Positions 35,301 to 48,500 of a DNA stretch of 64,000 bases are shown here, piece after piece. The position numbers were made by a program, and so were the translations under genes. Location: contig OZ024743.1 of the NCBI GenBank assembly GCA_964016885.1, forward strand, positions 133,672,001 through 133,736,000, read 5' to 3'. The notes under the pieces are model-generated. The model saw nothing but the letters and a program-made list of their open reading frames with translations, had not been told where the DNA came from and did not search any database. The DNA comes from Eledone cirrhosa (taxonomy: Eukaryota). Position 1 is the first letter of the stretch, and each line of letters begins with the position of its first letter.

Positions 35301-36550
35301 GGGGTTTGGTGTTTGGTGCTTGGTACTTGGTGTTTGGCGCTTGGTGTTTGGTGTTTGCTGTTTGGTGTTTGGTGTTTGGTGTTTGCTGTATGGTGTTTGC
35401 TGTTTCGTGTTTGGTGTTTGCTGTTTGGTGTTTGGTGTTTGCTGTTTGGTGTTTGGTCTTTGGTGCTTGGTGTTTGGTGCTTGGTGCTTGGTGTTTGGTG
35501 TTTGGTGCTTGGTGTTTGGTGTTTGGTGCTTGGTGCTTGGTGCTTGGTGTTTGGTGTTTGGTGTTTGGTGCTTGGTGTCTGGTGCTTGGTGTTTGGTGTT
35601 TGGTGTTTGGTGCTTGGTGTTTGGTGTTTGGTGTTTGGTGTTTGGTGCTTGTTGCTTGGTACTTGGTGCTTGGTGTTTGGTGCTTGGTGCTTGGTGTTTG
35701 GTGCTGGGTGCTTGGTGTTTGGTGCTTGGTTCTTGGTGCTTGGTGTTTGGTGTTTGGTGCTTGGTGCTTGGTGCTTGGGGTTTGGTGTTTGGTGCTTGGT
35801 GTTTTATGCTTGGTGTTTGATGTTTGGTGCTTGGTGCTTGGTGTTTGGTGCTTGGTGCTTGGTGTTTGTACTTGGTGCTTGGTTCTTGGTGTTTGGTGCT
35901 TGGTGCTTGGTGCTTGGTGCTTGGTGTTTGGTGCTTGGTGTTTGGTGCTTGGTGTTTGGTGCTTGGTGCCTGGTGCTTGGTGCTTGGTGTTTGGTGCTTG
36001 GTGTTTGGTGCTTGGTATTAGGTGTTTGGTGCTTGGTGCTTGGTGTTTGGTGTTTGGTGCTTGGTGTTTGGTGCTTGGTGCTTGGTGTTTGGTGTTTGGT
36101 GCTTGGTGTTTGGTGCTTGGTACTTGGTGCTTGGTGCTTGGTGTTAGGTGTTTGGTGCTTGGTGCTTGGTGTTTTGTTTTTGGTGCTTGGTGCTTGGTGT
36201 TTGGTGTTTGGTGCTTGCTGCTGGCTGCTTGGTGTTTGGTGCTTGGTGATTGGTGCTTGGTGTTTGGTGCTTGGTGTTTGGTGTTTGGTACTAGGTGCTT
36301 GGTGCTTGGTGTTTGGTGCTTGGTGCTTGGTGTTTGGTGTTTGGTGCTTGGTGCTTGGTGTTTGGTGCTTGGTGCTGGGTGCTGGGTGGTTGGTGTTTGG
36401 TGTTTGGTGTTTGGTGCTGGGTGCTTGGTGTTTGGTGCTTGGTGCTTGGTCTTTGGTGTTTGGTGTTTGGTGTTTGGTGCTTGGTGCTTGGTGCTTGGTG
36501 TTTGGTGCTTGGTGCTTGGTGTTTGGTGCTTGGTGCTTAGTGTTTGGTGC
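32350..36550 (+). repeat. About 4-kb satellite block, dispersed copy 2 of about 600-4600
   Basis: Same private markers as copy 1, with several small unit gains, losses and substitutions, so more diverged than the 9666-bp pair. Confidence 0.85.
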
Positions 36551-39500
36551 TAGGTGCTTGGGGTTTGGTGTTTGGTGCTTGGTGCTTGGTGTTTGGTGCT
36601 TGGTGCTTGGTGTCTGGTGTTTGGTGCTTGGTGCTTGGTGTTTGGTGCTTGGTGCTTAGTGTTTGGTGCTAGGTGCTTGGGGTTTGGTGTTTGGTGCTTG
36701 GTGCTTGGTGTTTGGTGCTTGGTGCTTGGTGTTTGGTGTTTGGTGCTTGGTGCTTGGTGTTTGGTGTTTGGTGTTTGCTGTTTGGTGTTTGGTGTTTGGT
36801 GTTTGCTGTTTGGTGTCTGCTTTTTGGTGTTTGCTGTTGGCTGTATGTTATTTGCTGTTTGGTGTTTGGTGTTTGGTGTTTGGTGCTTGGTGCTTGGTGT
36901 TTGGTGTTTGGTGCTTGGTGCTTGGAGTTTGGTGTTTGGTGCTTGGTGCTTGGTGTTTTGTGTTTGGTGTTTGGTTTTTGGTGCTTGGTGCTTGGTGCTT
37001 GTTGCTTGGTCCTTGGTGTTTGGTGCTTGGTGCTTGGTGTTTGTACTTGGTGCTTGGTGCTTGGTGTTTGGTTCTTGGTTCTTGGTGTTTGGTACTTGGT
37101 GCTTGGTGCTTGGTGCTTGGTGTTTGGTGTTTGGTGCTTGGTGTTTGGTGCTTGGTGCTTGGTGCTTGGTGTTAGGTGTTTGGTGCTTGGTGCTTGGTGT
37201 TTGGTGCTTGGTGTTTGGTGTTTGCTGTTTGGTGTTTGGTGTTTGGTGTTTGGTGTTTGCTGTCTGGTGTCTGCTTTTTGGTGTTTGGTGTTTGCTGTAT
37301 GGTGTTTGCTGTTTCGTGTTTGGTGTTTGCTGTTTGGTGTTTGGTGTTTGCTGTTTGGTGTTTGGTCTTTGGTGCTTGGTGTTTGGTGCTTGGTGCTTGG
37401 TGTTTGGTGTTTGGTGCTTGGTGCTTGGTGCTTCGTGTTTGGTGTTTGGTGCTTGGTGTCTGGAGCTTGGTGTTTGGTGTTTGGTGCTTGGTGTTTGGTG
37501 TTTGGTGCTTGGTGCTTGGTGTTTGGTGCTTGGTTCTTGGTGTTTGGTGCTTGGTGTTTGGTGCTTGGTGCTTGGTGTTTGGTGCTTGGTGCTTGGTGTT
37601 TGGTGTTTGGTGCTTGGTGCTTGGTGCTTGGTGTTTGATGTTTGGTGCTTGGTGCTTGGTGTTTGGTGTTTGGTTCTTGGTGCTTGGTATTTGGTGCTTG
37701 GTGCTTGCTGCTTGGTGTTTGGTGCTTGGTGATTGATGCTTGGTGTTTGATGCTTGGTGCTTGGTGTTTGGTTTTTGGTGCTAGGTGCTTGGTGCTTGGT
37801 GTTTGGTGCTTGGTGTTTGGTGTTTGCTGCTTGGTGCTTGGGGCTTGGTGTTTGGTACTTGGTGCTTGGTGCTTGGTGTTTGGTGCTTGGTGCTTGGTGT
37901 ATGGTGTTTGGTGTTTGGTGCTTGGTGTTTGGTGTTTGGTGCTTGGTGCTTGGTGTTTGTTGCTTGGTACTTGGTTCATGGTGTTTGGTGCTGGGTGCTT
38001 GGTGTTTGGTGCTTGGTGCTTGGTGTTTGGTGTTTGGTGCTTGGTGTTTGGTGTTTGGTGCTTGGTGCTTGGTGTTTGTTGCTTGGTACTTAGTGCATGG
38101 TGTTTGGTGCTGGGTGCTTGGTGTTTGGTGCTTGGTGTTTGGTGCTTGGTGCTTGGTGTTTGGTGTTTGGTGTTTGATGCTTGGTGTTTGATGCTTGGTG
38201 CTTGGTGCTTGGTGTTTGGTGCTTGGTGTTTGTACTTGGTGCTTGGTGTTTTGTGCTTGGTTCTTTGTGTTTGGTGTTTGGTGCTTGGTGCTTGGTGCTT
38301 GGTGTTAGGTGTTTGGAGTTGGTGCTTGGTGTTTGGTGTTTGGTCCTTGGTGCTTGGTGTTTAGTGCTTGGTGCTTGGTGTTTGTTGTTTGGTGCTTTCT
38401 GCTTGCTGCTTGGCGTTTGGTGCTTGGTGCTTGGTGCTTGGTGTTTGGTGTTTGGTGCTAGGTGCTTGGTGTTTGGTGTTTGGTGTTTGATGCTTGGTGT
38501 TTTGTGCTTGGTGCTTGGGGCTTGGTGTTTAGTGCTTGGTGCTTGGTGCTTGGTGTTTGGTGGTTGGTGCTTGGTGTTTGGTGTTTGGTGTTTGGTGCTT
38601 GGTGCTTGGTGTTTGGTGCTTGGTGCTTGGTGCTGGGTGGTTGGTATTTGGTGCTTGGTGCTTGGTGTTTGGTGCTTGGTGCTTGGTGCTTGGTGTTTGG
38701 TGCTTGGTGCTTGGTGCTTGGTCTTTGGTGCTTGGTGTTTGGTGCTTGGTGCTTGGTGCTTGGTGTTTGGTGCTTGGTGATTAGTGTTTGGTGCTTGGTG
38801 CTTGGGGTTTGGTGTTTGGTGCTTGGTACTTGGTGTTTGGTGCTTGGTGTTTGGTGTTTGCTGTTTGGTGTTTGGTGTTTGCTGTTTGCTGTTTGCTGTT
38901 TGCTTTTTGGTGTTTGGTGTTTGGTGTATGGTGTTTGCTGTTTGGTGTTTGGTGTTTGCTGTTTGGTGTTTGGTGTTTGCTGTTTGGTATTTGGTGCTTG
39001 GTGTTTGGTGCTTGGTGCTTGGTGTTTGGTGTTTGGTGCTTTGTGCTTGGTGTTTGGTGTTTGTTGCTTGGTGCTTGGTGCTTGGTGTTTGGTGTTTGGT
39101 GTTTGGTGCTTGGTGTCTGGTGTTTGGTGTTTGGTGTTTGGTGCTTCTTGCTTGGTGCTTGGTGCTTGGGGTTTGGTTCTTGGTTCTTGGTGTTTGGTAC
39201 TTGGTGCTTGATGTTTGGTGCTGGGTGCTTGGTGTTTGGTGCTTGGTGCTTGGTGCTTGCTGTTTGGTGTTTGGTGCTTGGTGCTTGGTGTTTGGTGTTT
39301 GGTGTTATATGCTTGGTGTTTGATGCTTGGTGCTTGGTGCTTGGTATTTGGTGTTTGGTGCTTGGTGTTTGTACTTGGTGCTTGGTTCTTGGTTCTTGGT
39401 GCTTGGTGCTTGGTGCTTGGTGCTTGGTGCTTGGTGTTTGGTGCTTGGTGTTTGGTGCTTGGTGTTTGGTGCTTGGTGCCTGGTGCTTGGTGCTTGGTGC

Positions 39501-42500
39501 TTGGTGTTTGGTGCCTGGTGTTTGGTGCTTGGTGTTAGGTGTTTGGTGCTTGGTGCTTGGTGTTTGGTGTTTGGTGCTTGGTGTTTGGTGCTTGGTGCTT
39601 GGTGTTTGGTGTTTGGTGCTTGGTGTTTGGTGCTTGGTACTTGGTGCTTGGTGCTTGGTGTTAGGTGTTTGGTGCTTGGTGCTTGGTGTTTGGTTTTTGG
39701 TGCTTGGTGCTTGGTGTTTGGTGTTTGGTGCTTGCTGCTGGCTGCTTGGTGTTTGGTGCTTGGTGATTGGTGCTTGGTGTTTGGTGCTTGGTGTTTGGTG
39801 TTTGGTACTAGGTGCTTGGTGTTTGGTGTTTGGTGTTTGGTGCTTGGTGTTTGGTGTTTGGTGTTTGGTGCTTGGTGCTTGGTGCTTGGTGCTGGGTGGT
39901 TGGTGTTTGGTGCTTGGTGATTAGTGTTTGGTGCTAGGTGCTTGGGGTTTGGTGTTTGGTGCTTGGTGCTTGGTGTTTGGTGCTTGGTGCTTGGTGTTTG
40001 GTGTTTGGTGCTTGGTGCTTGGTGTTTGGTGCTTGGTGCTTAGTGTTTGGTGCTAGGTGCTTGGGGTTTGGTGTTTGGTGCTTGGTGCTTGGTGTTTGGT
40101 GCTTGGTGCTTGGTGTTTGGTGTTTGGTGCTTGGTGCTTGGTGTTTGGTGTTTGGTGTTTGCTGTTTGGTGTTTGGTGTTTGGTGTTTGCTGTTTGGTGT
40201 CTGCTTTTTGGTGTTTGGTGTTGGCTGTATGTTATTTGCTGTTTGGTGTTTGGTGTTTGGTGTTTGGTGCTTGGTGCTTGGTGTTTGGTGTTTGGTGCTT
40301 GGTGCTTGGAGTTTGGTGTTTGGTGCTTGGTGCTTGGTGTTTTGTGTTTGGTGTTTGGTTTTTGGTGCTTGGTGCTTGGTGCTTGTTGCTTGGTCCTTGG
40401 TGTTTGGTGCTTGGTGCTTGGTGTTTGTACTTGGTGCTTGGTGCTTGGTGTTTGGTTCTTGGTTCTTGGTGTTTGGTACTTGGTGCTTGGTGCTTGGTGC
40501 TTGGTGTTTGGTGTTTGGTGCTTGGTGTTTGGTGCTTGGTGCTTGGTGCTTGGTGTTAGGTGTTTGGTGCTTGGTGCTTGGTGTTTGGTGCTTGGTGTTT
40601 GGTGTTTGCTGTTTGGTGTTTGGTGTTTGGTGTTTGGTGTTTGCTGTCTGGTGTCTGCTTTTTGGTGTTTGGTGTTTGCTGTATGGTGTTTGCTGTTTCG
40701 TGTTTGGTGTTTGATGTTTGGTGTTTGGTGTTTGCTGTTTGGTGTTTGGTCTTTGGTGCTTGGTGTTTGGTGCTTGGTGCTTGGTGTTTGGTGTTTGGTG
40801 CTTGGTGCTTGGTGCTTCGTGTTTGGTGTTTGGTGCTTGGTGTCTGGAGCTTGGTGTTTGGTGTTTGGTGCTTGGTGTTTGGTGTTTGGTGCTTGGTGCT
40901 TGGTGTTTGGTGCTTGGTTCTTGGTGTTTGGTGCTTGGTGTTTGGTGCTTGGTGCTTGGTGTTTGGTGCTTGGTGCTTGGTGTTTGGTGTTTGGTGCTTG
41001 GTGCTTGGTGCTTGGTGTTTGATGTTTGGTGCTTGGTGCTTGGTGTTTGGTGTTTGGTTCTTGGTGCTTGGTATTTGGTGCTTGGTGCTTGCTGCTTGGT
41101 GTTTGGTGCTTGGTGATTGATGCTTGGTGTTTGATGCTTGGTGCTTGGTGTTTGGTTTTTGGTGCTAGGTGCTTGGTGCTTGGTGTTTGGTGCTTGGTGT
41201 TTGGTGTTTGCTGCTTGGTGCTTGGGGCTTGGTGTTTGGTACTTGGTGCTTGGTGCTTGGTGTTTGGTGCTTGGTGCTTGGTGTATGGTGTTTGGTGTTT
41301 GGTGCTTGGTGTTTGGTGTTTGGTGCTTGGTGCTTGGTGTTTGTTGCTTGGTACTTGGTTCATGGTGTTTGGTGCTGGGTGCTTGGTGTTTGGTGCTTGG
41401 TGCTTGGTGTTTGGTGTTTGGTGCTTGGTGTTTGGTGTTTGGTGCTTGGTGCTTGGTGTTTGTTGCTTGGTACTTGGTGCATGGTGTTTGGTGCTGGGTG
41501 CTTGGTGTTTGGTGCTTGGTGTTTGGTGCTTGGTGCTTGGTGTTTGGTGTTTGGTGTTTGATGCTTGGTGTTTGATGCTTGGTGCTTGGTGCTTGTTGTT
41601 TGGTGCTTGGTGTTTGTACTTGGTGCTTGGTGTTTTGTGCTTGGTTCTTTGTGTTTGGTGTTTGGTGCTTGGTGCTTGGTGCTTGGTGTTAGGTGTTTGG
41701 AGTTGGTGCTTGGTGTTTGGTGTTTGGTCCTTGGTGCTTGGTGTTTAGTGCTTGGTGCTTGGTGTTTGTTGTTTGGTGCTTTCTGCTTGCTGCTTGGCGT
41801 TTGGTGCTTGGTGCTTGGTGCTTGGTGTTTGGTGTATGGTGCTAGGTGCTTGGTGTTTGGTGTTTGGTGTTTGATGCTTGGTGTTTTGTGCTTGGTGCTT
41901 GGGGCTTGGTGTTTAGTGCTTGGTGCTTGGTGCTTGGTGTTTGGTGGTTGGTGCTTGGGGTTTGGTGCTTGGTGCTTGGTGCTGGGTGGTTGGTATTTGG
42001 TGCTTGGTGCTTGGTGTTTGGTGCTTGGTGCTTGGTGCTTGGTGTTTGGTGCTTGGTGCTTGGTGCTTGGTCTTTGGTGCTTGGTGTTTGGTGCTTGGTG
42101 CTTGGTGCTTGGTGTTTGGTGCTTGGTGATTAGTGTTTGGTGCTTGGTGCTTGGTACTTGGTGTTTGGTGCTTGGTACTTGGTGTTTGGTGCTTGGTGTT
42201 TGGTGTTTGCTGTTTGGTGTTTGGTGTTTGCTGCTTGCTGTTTGCTGTTTGCTTTTTGGTGTTTGGTGTTTGCTGTATGGTGTTTGCTGTTTGGTGTTTG
42301 GTGTTTGCTGTTTGGTGTTTGGTGTTTGCTGTTTGGTATTTGGTGCTTGGTGTTTGGTGCTTGGTGCTTGGTGTTTGGTGTTTGGTGCTTTGTGCTTGGT
42401 GTTTGGTGTTTGTTGCTTGGTGCTTGGTGCTTGGTGTTTGGTGTTTGGTGTTTGGTGCTTGGTGTCTGGTGTTTGGTGTTTGGTGTTTGGTGCTTCTTGC

Positions 42501-45500
42501 TTGGTGCTTGGTGCTTGGGGTTTGGTTCTTGGTTCTTGGTGTTTGGTACTTGGTGCTTGATGTTTGGTGCTGGGTGCTTGGTGTTTGGTGCTTGGTGCTT
42601 GGTGCTTGCTGTTTGGTGTTTGGTGCTTGGTGCTTGGTGTTTGGTGTTTGGTGTTATATGCTTGGTGTTTGATGCTTGGTGCTTGGTGCTTGGTATTTGG
42701 TGTTTGGTGCTTGGTGTTTGTACTTGGTGCTTGGTTCTTGGTTCTTGGTGCTTGGTGCTTGGTGCTTGGTGCTTGGTGCTTGGTGTTTGGTGCTTGGTGT
42801 TTGGTGCTTGGTGTTTGGTGCTTGGTGCCTGGTGCTTGGTGCTTGGTGCTTGGTGTTTGGTGCTTGGTGTTTGGTGCTTGGTGTTAGGTGTTTGGTGCTT
42901 GGTGCTTGGTGTTTGGTGTTTGGTGCTTGGTGTTTGGTGCTTGGTGCTTGGTGTTTGGTGTTTGGTGCTTGGTGTTTGGTGCTTGGTACTTGGTGCTTGG
43001 TGCTTGGTGTTAGGTGTTTGGTGCTTGGTGCTTGGTGTTTGGTTTTTGGTGCTTGGTGCTTGGTGTTTGGTGTTTGGTGCTTGCTGCTGGCTGCTTGGTG
43101 TTTGGTGCTTGGTGATTGGTGCTTGGTGTTTGGTGCTTGGTGTTTGGTGTTTGGTACTAGGTGCTTGGTGTTTGGTGTTTGGTGTTTGGTGATTGGTGTT
43201 TGCTGTATGGTGTTTGCTGTTTCGTGTTTGGTGTTTGCTGTTTGGTGTTTGGTGTTTGCTGTTTGGTGTTTGGTCTTTGGTGCTTGGTGTTTGGTGCTTG
43301 GTGCTTGGTGTATGGTGTTTGGTGCTTGGTGTTTGGTGTTTGGTGCTTGGTGCTTGGTGCTTGGTGTTTGGTGTTTGGTGTTTGGTGCTTGGTGTCTGGT
43401 GCTTGGTGTTTGGTGTTTGGTGTTTGGTGCTTGGTGTTTGGTGTTTGGTGTTTGGTGTTTGGTGCTTGTTGCTTGGTACTTGGTGCTTGGTGTTTGGTGC
43501 TTGGTGCTTGGTGTTTGGTGCTGGGTGATGGTGTTTGGTGCTTGGTGCTTGGTGCTTGGTGTTTGGTGTTTGGTGCTTGGTGCTTGGTGCTTGGGGTTTG
43601 GTGTTTGGTGCTTGGTGTTTTATGCTTGGTGTTTGATGTTTGGTGCTTGGTGCTTGGTGTTTGGTGCTTGGTGCTTGGTGTTTGTACTTGGTGCTTGGTG
43701 CTTGGTTCTTGGTGTTTGGTGCTTGGTGCTTGGTGCTTGGTGCTTGGTGTTTGGTGCTTGGTGTTTGGTGCTTGGTGTTTGGTGCTTGGTGCCTGGTGCT
43801 TGGTGCTTGGTGTTTGGTGCTTGGTGTTTGGTGCTTGGTATTAGGTGTTTGGTGCTTGGTGCTTGGTGTTTGGTGTTTGGTGCTTGGTGTTTGGTGCTTG
43901 GTGCTTGGTGTTTGGTGTTTGGTGCTTGGTGTTTGGTGCTTGGTACTTGGTGCTTGGTGCTTGGTGTTAGGTGTTTGGTGCTTGGTGCTTGGTGTTTGGT
44001 TTTTGGTGCTTGGTGCTTGGTGTTTGGTGTTTGGTGCTTGCTGCTGGCTGCTTGGTGTTTGGTGCTTGGTGATTGGTGCTTGGTGTTTGGTGCTTGGTGT
44101 TTGGTGTTTGGTACTAGGTGCTTGGTGCTTGGTGTTTGGTGCTTGGTGCTTGGTGTTTGGTGTTTGGTGCTTGGTGCTTGGTGTTTGGTGCTTGGTGCTG
44201 GGTGCTGGGTGGTTGGTGTTTGGTGTTTGGTGTTTGGTGCTGGGTGCTTGGTGTTTGGTGCCTTGGTGCTTGGTCTTTGGTGTTTGGTGTTTGGTGTTTG
44301 GTGCTTGGTGCTTGGTGCTTGGTGTTTGGTGCTTGGTGCTTGGTGTTTGGTGCTTGGTGCTTAGTGTTTGGTGCTAGGTGCTTGGGGTTTGGTGTTTGGT
44401 GATTGGTGCTTGGTGTTTGGTGCTTGGTGCTTGGTGTTTGGTGTTTGGTGCTTGGTGCTTGGTGTTTGGTGTTTGGTGTTTGCTGTTTGGTGTTTGGTGT
44501 TTGGTGTTTGCTGTTTGGTGTCCGCTTTTTGGTGTTTGGTGTTGGCTGTATGTTATTTGCTGTTTGGTGTTTGGTGTTTGGTGTTTGGTGCTTGGTGCTT
44601 GGTGTTTGGTGTTTGGTGCTTGGTGCTTGGAGTTTGGTGTTTGGTGCTTGGTGCTTGGTGTTTTGTGTTTGGTGTTTGGTTTTTGGTGTTTGGTGCTTGG
44701 TGTTTGTTGCTTGGTCCTTGGTGTTTGGTGCTTGGTGCTTGGTGTTTGTACTTGGTGCTTGGTGCTTGGTGTTTGGTTCTTGGTTCTTGGTGTTTGGTAC
44801 TTGGTGCTTGGTGCTTGGTGCTTGGTGTTTGGTGTTTGGTGCTTGGTGTTTGGTGCTTGGTGCTTGGTGCTTGGTGTTAGGTGTTTGGTGCTTGGTGCTT
44901 GGTGTTTGGTGCTTGGTGTTTGGTGTTTGCTGTTTGGTGTTTGGTGTTTGGTGTTTGGTGTTTGCTGTCTGGTGTCTGCTTTTTGGTGTTTGGTGTTTGC
45001 TGTATGGTGTTTGCTGTTTCGTGTTTGGTGTTTGCTGTTTGGTGTTTGGTGTTTGCTGTTTGGTGTTTGGTCTTTGGTGCTTGGTGTTTGGTGCTTGGTG
45101 CTTGGTGTTTGGTGTTTGGTGCTTGGTGCTTGGTGCTTCGTGTTTGGTGTCTGGTGCTTGGTGTCTGGAGCTTGGTGTTTGGTGTTTGGTGCTTGGTGTT
45201 TGGTGTTTGGTGCTTGGTGCTTGGTGTTTGGTGCTTGGTTCTTGGTGTTTGGTGCTTGGTGTTTGGTGCTTGGTGCTTGGTGTTTGGTGCTTGGTGCTTG
45301 GTGTTTGGTGTTTGGTGCTTGGTGCTTGGTGCTTGGTGTTTGATGTTTGGTGCTTGGTGCTTGGTGTTTGGTGTTTGGTTCTTGGTGCTTGGTATTTGGT
45401 GCTTGGTGCTTGCTGCTTGGTGTTTGGTGCTTGGTGATTGATGCTTGGTGTTTGATGCTTGGTGCTTGGTGTTTGGTTTTTGGTGCTAGGTGCTTGGTGC

Positions 45501-48500
45501 TTGGTGTTTGGTGCTTGGTGTTTGGTGTTTGCTGCTTGGTGCTTGGGGCTTGGTGTTTGGTACTTGGTGCTTGGTGCTTGGTGTTTGGTGCTTGGTGCTT
45601 GGTGTATGGTGTTTGGTGTTTGGTGCTTGGTGTTTGGTGTTTGGTGCTTGGTGCTTGGTGTTTGTTGCTTGGTACTTGGTTCATGGTGTTTGGTGCTGGG
45701 TGCTTGGTGTTTGGTGCTTGGTGCTTGGTGTTTGGTGTTTGGTGCTTGGTGTTTGGTGTTTGGTGCTTGGTGCTTGGTGTTTGTTGCTTGGTACTTGGTG
45801 CATGGTGTTTGGTGCTGGGTGCTTGGTGTTTGGTGCTTGGTGTTTGGTGCTTGGTGCTTGGTGTTTGGTGTTTGGTGTTTGATGCTTGGTGTTTGATGCT
45901 TGGTGCTTGGTGCTTGGTGTTTGGTGCTTGGTTCTTTGTGTTTGGTGTTTGGTGCTTGGTGCTTGGTGCTTGGTGTTAGGTGTTTGGAGTTGGTGCTTGG
46001 TGTTTGGTGTTTGGTCCTTGGTGCTTGGTGTTTAGTGCTTGGTGCTTGGTGTTTGTTGTTTGGTGTTTGGTGTTTGATGCTTGGTGTTTGGTGCTTGGTG
46101 TTTGGTGTTTTGTGCTTGGTGCTTGGGGCTTGGTGTTTAGTGCTTGGTGCTTGGTGCTTGGTGTTTGGTGGTTGGTGCTTGGTGTTTGGTGTTTGGTGTT
46201 TGGTGTTTGGTGCTTGGTGCTTGGTGTTTGGTGCTTGGTGCTTGGTGCTGGGTGGTTGGTATTTGGTGCTTGGTGCTTGGTGTTTGGTGCTTGGTGCTTG
46301 GTGCTTGGTGTTTGGTGCTTGGTGCTTGGTGCTTGGTCTTTGGTGCTTGGTGTTTGGTGCTTGGTGCTTGGTGCTTGGTGTTTGGTGCTTGGTGATTAGT
46401 GTTTGGTGCTTGGTGCTTGGGGTTTGGTGTTTGGTGCTTGGTACTTGGTGTTTGGTGCTTGGTGTTTGGTGTTTGCTGTTTGGTGTTTGGTGTTTGCTGT
46501 TTGCTGTTTGCTGTTTGCTTTTTGGTGTTTGGTGTTTGCTGTATGGTGTTTGCTGTTTGGTGTTTGGTGTTTGCTGTTTGGTGTTTGGTGTTTGCTGTTT
46601 GGTATTTGGTGCTTGGTGTTTGGTGCTTGGTGCTTGGTGTTTGGTGTTTGGTGCTTGGTGCTTGGTGTTTGGTGTTTGTTGCTTGGTGCTTGGTGCTTGG
46701 TGTTTGGTGTTTGGTGTTTGGTGCTTGGTGTCTGGTGTTTGGTGTTTGGTGTTTGGTGCTTGTTGCTTGGTGCTTGGTGCTTGGGGTTTGGTTCTTGGTT
46801 CTTGGTGTTTGGTACTTGGTGCTTGGTGTTTGGTGCTGGGTGCTTGGTGTTTGGTGCTTGGTGCTTGGTGGTTGCTGTTTGGTGTTTGGTGCTTGGTGCT
46901 TGGTGTTTGGTGTTTGGTGTTATATGCTTGGTGTTTGATGCTTGGTGCTTGGTGCTTGGTATTTGGTGTTTGGTGCTTGGTGTTTGTACTTGGTGCTTGG
47001 TTCTTGGTTCTTGGTGCTTGGTGCTTGGTGCTTGGTGCTTGGTGCTTGGTGTTTGGTGCTTGGTGTTTGGTGCTTGGTGTTTGGTGCTTGGTGCCTGGTG
47101 CTTGGTGCTTGGTGCTTGGTGTTTGGTGCTTGGTGTTTGGTGCTTGGTGTTAGGTGTTTGGTGCTTGGTGCTTGGTGTTTGGTGTTTGGTGCTTGGTGTT
47201 TGGTGCTTGGTGCTTGGTGTTTGGTGTTTGGTGCTTGGTGTTTGGTGCTTGGTACTTGGTGCTTGGTGCTTGGTGTTAGGTGTTTGGTGCTTGGTGCTTG
47301 GTGTTTGGTTTTTGGTGCTTGGTGCTTGGTGTTTGGTGTTTGGTGCTTGCTGCTGGCTGCTAGGTGTTTGGTGCTTGGTGATTGGTGCTTGGTGTTTGGT
47401 GCTTGGTGTTTGGTGTTTGGTACTAGGTGCTTGGTGTTTGGTGTTTGGTGTTTGGTGCTTGGTGTTTGGTGTTTGGTGTTTGGTGCTTGGTGCTTGGTGC
47501 TTGGTGCTGGGTGGTTGGTGTTTGGTGCTTGGTGATTAGTGTTTGGTGCTAGGTGCTTGGGGTTTGGTGTTTGGTGCTTGGTGCTTGGTGTTTGGTGCTT
47601 GGTGCTTGGTGTTTGGTGCTTGGTGCTTGGTGTTTGCTGTTTGCTGTTTGCTGTTTGGTGTTTGTTGTTTGGTGTTTGTTGATTGGTGTTTGCTGTTTGG
47701 TGCTTGGTGCTTGGTCTTTGGTGCTTGGTGTTTGGTGTTTGGTGCTTGGTGCTTTGTGTTTGGTGCTTGGTGATTAGTGTTTGGTGCTTGGTGCTTGGGG
47801 TTTGGTGTTTGGTGCTTGGTACTTGGTGTTTGGTGCTTGGTGTTTGGTGTTTGCTGTTTGGTGTTTGGTGTTTGGTGTTTGCTGTATGGTGTTTGCTGTT
47901 TCGTGTTTGGTGTTTGGTGTTTGGTGTTTGGTGTTTGCTGTTTGGTGTTTGGTCTTTGGTGCTTGGTGTTTGGTGCTTGGTGCTTGGTGTATGGTGTTTG
48001 GTGCTTGGTGTTTGGTGTTTGGTGCTTGGTGCTTGGTGCTTGGTGTTTGGTGTTTGGTGTTTGGTGCTTGTTGCTTGGTACTTGGTGCTTGGTGTTTGGT
48101 GCTTGGTGCTTGGTGTTTGGTGCTGGGTGCTTGGTGTTTGGTGCTTGGTGCTTGGTGCTTGGTGTTTGGTGTTTGGTGCTTGGTGCTTGGTGCTTGGTGT
48201 TTGGTGTTTGGTGCTTGGTGTTTTATGCTTGGTGTTTGATATTTGGTGCTTGGTGCTTGGTGTTTGGTGCTTGGTGCTTGGTGCTTGGTGTTTGGTGTTT
48301 GGTGCTTGGTGCTTGGTGCTTGGTGTTTGGTGTTTGGTGCTTGGTGTTTTGTGCTTGGTGTTTGATATTTGGTGCTTGGTGCTTGGTGTTTGGTGCTTGG
48401 TGCTTGGTGTTTGTACTTGGTGCTTGGTGCTTGGTTCTTGGTGTTTGGTGCTTGGTGCTTGGTGCTTGGTGCTTGGTGTTTGGTGCTTGGTGTTTGGTGC

